DNA of 64,000 bases from Isurus oxyrinchus (taxonomy: Eukaryota). How positions within the stretch are numbered: position 1 is the first letter of the stretch; the number at the start of each line of letters is the position of its first letter. Below are positions 62,206 through 64,000 of this stretch, in pieces. The stretch is taken from NCBI GenBank assembly GCA_026770705.1, contig JANJGN010000004.1, positions 42,346,001 through 42,410,000 on the forward strand, in the 5' to 3' direction. Position numbers and translations under genes: made by a program. Under the pieces are notes generated by a model, which searched no databases, was not told where the DNA came from, and saw only the letters and a program-made list of their open reading frames with translations.

Positions 62206-64000
62206 TGTTCCAGTCTCCAGACTGACTCTAAAGATTCTCTCTTGGCAGCCTTTAGGGAGCTGCCATTTCTGGTTTTAAAGCAGCCACCAGGTCGCCATTG
62301 GACCCGGCACCCACCCTTGTAGACCATTCAGAAGGCGTGTTTCACACTGGGCGACACTTAATTGGCCAGCCAGCGTGAAATCATGGTCATGGGCCAATCG
62401 TGGTTGGGGGCGATCAGGGGCACATTTCCTGTCTGCTCCTGGGCCTGCCAATCACATGAACCAAACGGGGAAAAATTCAGGCCATATTTACAAGGTGACC
62501 AAGGTTGGGAAATAAATATTCTATACGGTATACGATATTTTTAAAAAGGCAGGCAGAATGATAATAAAGGAAAGACATAAGGAAATCAGTGAGAAAGGAT
62601 CTTGGATCAGAAAATCAGGAAATAGAATCAGTATTTATAGAGAATAAGAATCACAAGGGTTAGAAAATGCTGCAGTGAGTAGTTTAAAGGCCCCCGACAG
62701 TAGTTATATTGTTGGACAGAACATTAAACAAGTTATTATTAGAACTTGTAAAAAGGAAATGTAAGAATTATGGGAGACTTTAATTTTCATGTGGAGTAGA
62801 CCAACCAAATTAGTAAAGGTGATCTGGAAGATGAGTTTGTAGAATGCTTTCATGACAATTTCTAAGAGCAATACATTGTGGATCCAACACTGAATAAAGC
62901 TATTTTAGTTCTAGTATTATGCAATGAAGCAGGGTTAATTTGAAAGGTCATAGGGAAAGATCCACTCAGAAATAGTGATCGTAATACAATTGAATTTCAC
63001 ATTAAGTTTGAAAATGACAATCCAATCACAACAAGAATTTTAGCTTAAACAAAGCCAATTGCATAGGTATGAAGGTATGCTGGCCAAGGTTGATCGGGTA
63101 AATAGACTAAAAGGTATCTAGGTAAATAAGCAATGGGAAACATTTAATGAAACAATTCAAAATGCTCAACAAAAATATATTCCAATTGAAAAACAAAAGC
63201 TTAGTGACAAAGTTCCATCCACGGCTTAGTAATGAGGTTAAGATAGTATTAGATTAAAATAAAAGGCTTCTATTGTTGCAAAGAATAGTAGTAAGCCTAA
63301 GGATTAGGAGTGCTTTGGAAACCAGTAAAGGGCCATTAAAAAATTGATAAAAAGTGAAAAATAGAATGAGAGTCAACTAGCTGGGAATATAAAAACAGGT
63401 TGTAAGAGCTTTTGCAGGTACATAAAAGGAAGAGAGAAGCTAAAGTAAGCAGTAGTCCCTTAGAAGCAGAGACAGAAGAAATTATGGGGAATAAGGAAAT
63501 GACAAAGACATTGAATGAAGATTTTGTGCCTGTCTTCACAGTAGAAGACACAAATTACATACGAGAAATTGTGGGTAACCAAGGAGCTAATAAGAGTGAG
63601 AAAATTAAGGCAGTAATATCAGGAGGGAAAAGTACTGGAGGAACTCAAAGGTCTAAAATCCAGCAAATCCCCAGGACCTGATGGCCTACAATTTAGGATT
63701 CCAGAAGTGTTATTGCAGAGATAGTGGATGTGCTGGCTATGATTTTCCAAAATTTCCTAGATTCAGAAACAGCCCCAACAGATTAGAAGTTAGCAAATGT
63801 AACACCTCTATTCAAGAAAGGAGGGAGAGAGAAAACAGGTAACTGCAGGCCAGTTAACCTGACATCAGTCATCAGGAAAGTGCTGGAATCTATTATTAAG
63901 AAGTCTTAAAAATGCTCCTAGAAAAGCATTGTATGATTAGAACAAGTCAGCATGGTTTTATGAAAGAGAAACCCTGTTTGACAAATTTATTAGAGTTTTC

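Larger units (their letters stand above)
58388..62483 (+). mobile_element. Harbinger element F (same family as A and B)
   Basis: TIRs GGGCAGAATTTT / AAAATTCAGGCC; inserted in the CR1 ETWLQ codons (decayed TSD AGG/ATA). Confidence 0.92.
56570..64000 (+). mobile_element. Near full-length CR1 LINE (5' UTR, ORF1, ORF2 running off the window), interrupted by Harbinger F
   Basis: ORF1 zinc finger (MVGQVMCCSCSMW) and SGNH esterase (VVVGNSVVRGID, HVCTNDIG); ORF2 APE (IET|LQGDQGWE, MGDFN) and PGPDG, ANVTPLFKKG, RPVNLTS. Confidence 0.92.

Overview
Eukaryotic (vertebrate) non-genic or intronic DNA made almost entirely of nested, decayed transposable elements. The repeat repertoire suggests a cartilaginous fish, which is an inference. 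No intact host gene, RNA gene or CRISPR array is evident. The dominant system is PIF/Harbinger. There are six large elements: A 18357-24160, B 32117-36064, C 41089-45638, D ~45640-47585, E 48871-53000 and F 58388-62483. They have GGGCAGAATTTT-like TIRs and 3-bp TSDs, and most carry a DDE transposase plus a convergent, spliced Myb/SANT-like gene. Many related MITEs are also present. Other elements: a Gmr1-like (SCAN-gag) Gypsy provirus interrupted by a Penelope element, several Penelope pLTRs with minimal hammerhead-ribozyme motifs, CR1 and L2 LINEs, SINE tails and solo LTRs. The most notable observations are a Myb-only Harbinger derivative, an in-frame Myb-tail insertion in a transposase, a MITE built from a string of hairpins, a gag-Penelope chimeric ORF, and possible decayed exons of an unidentified gene. 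All calls come from reading the sequence; no database search was run.
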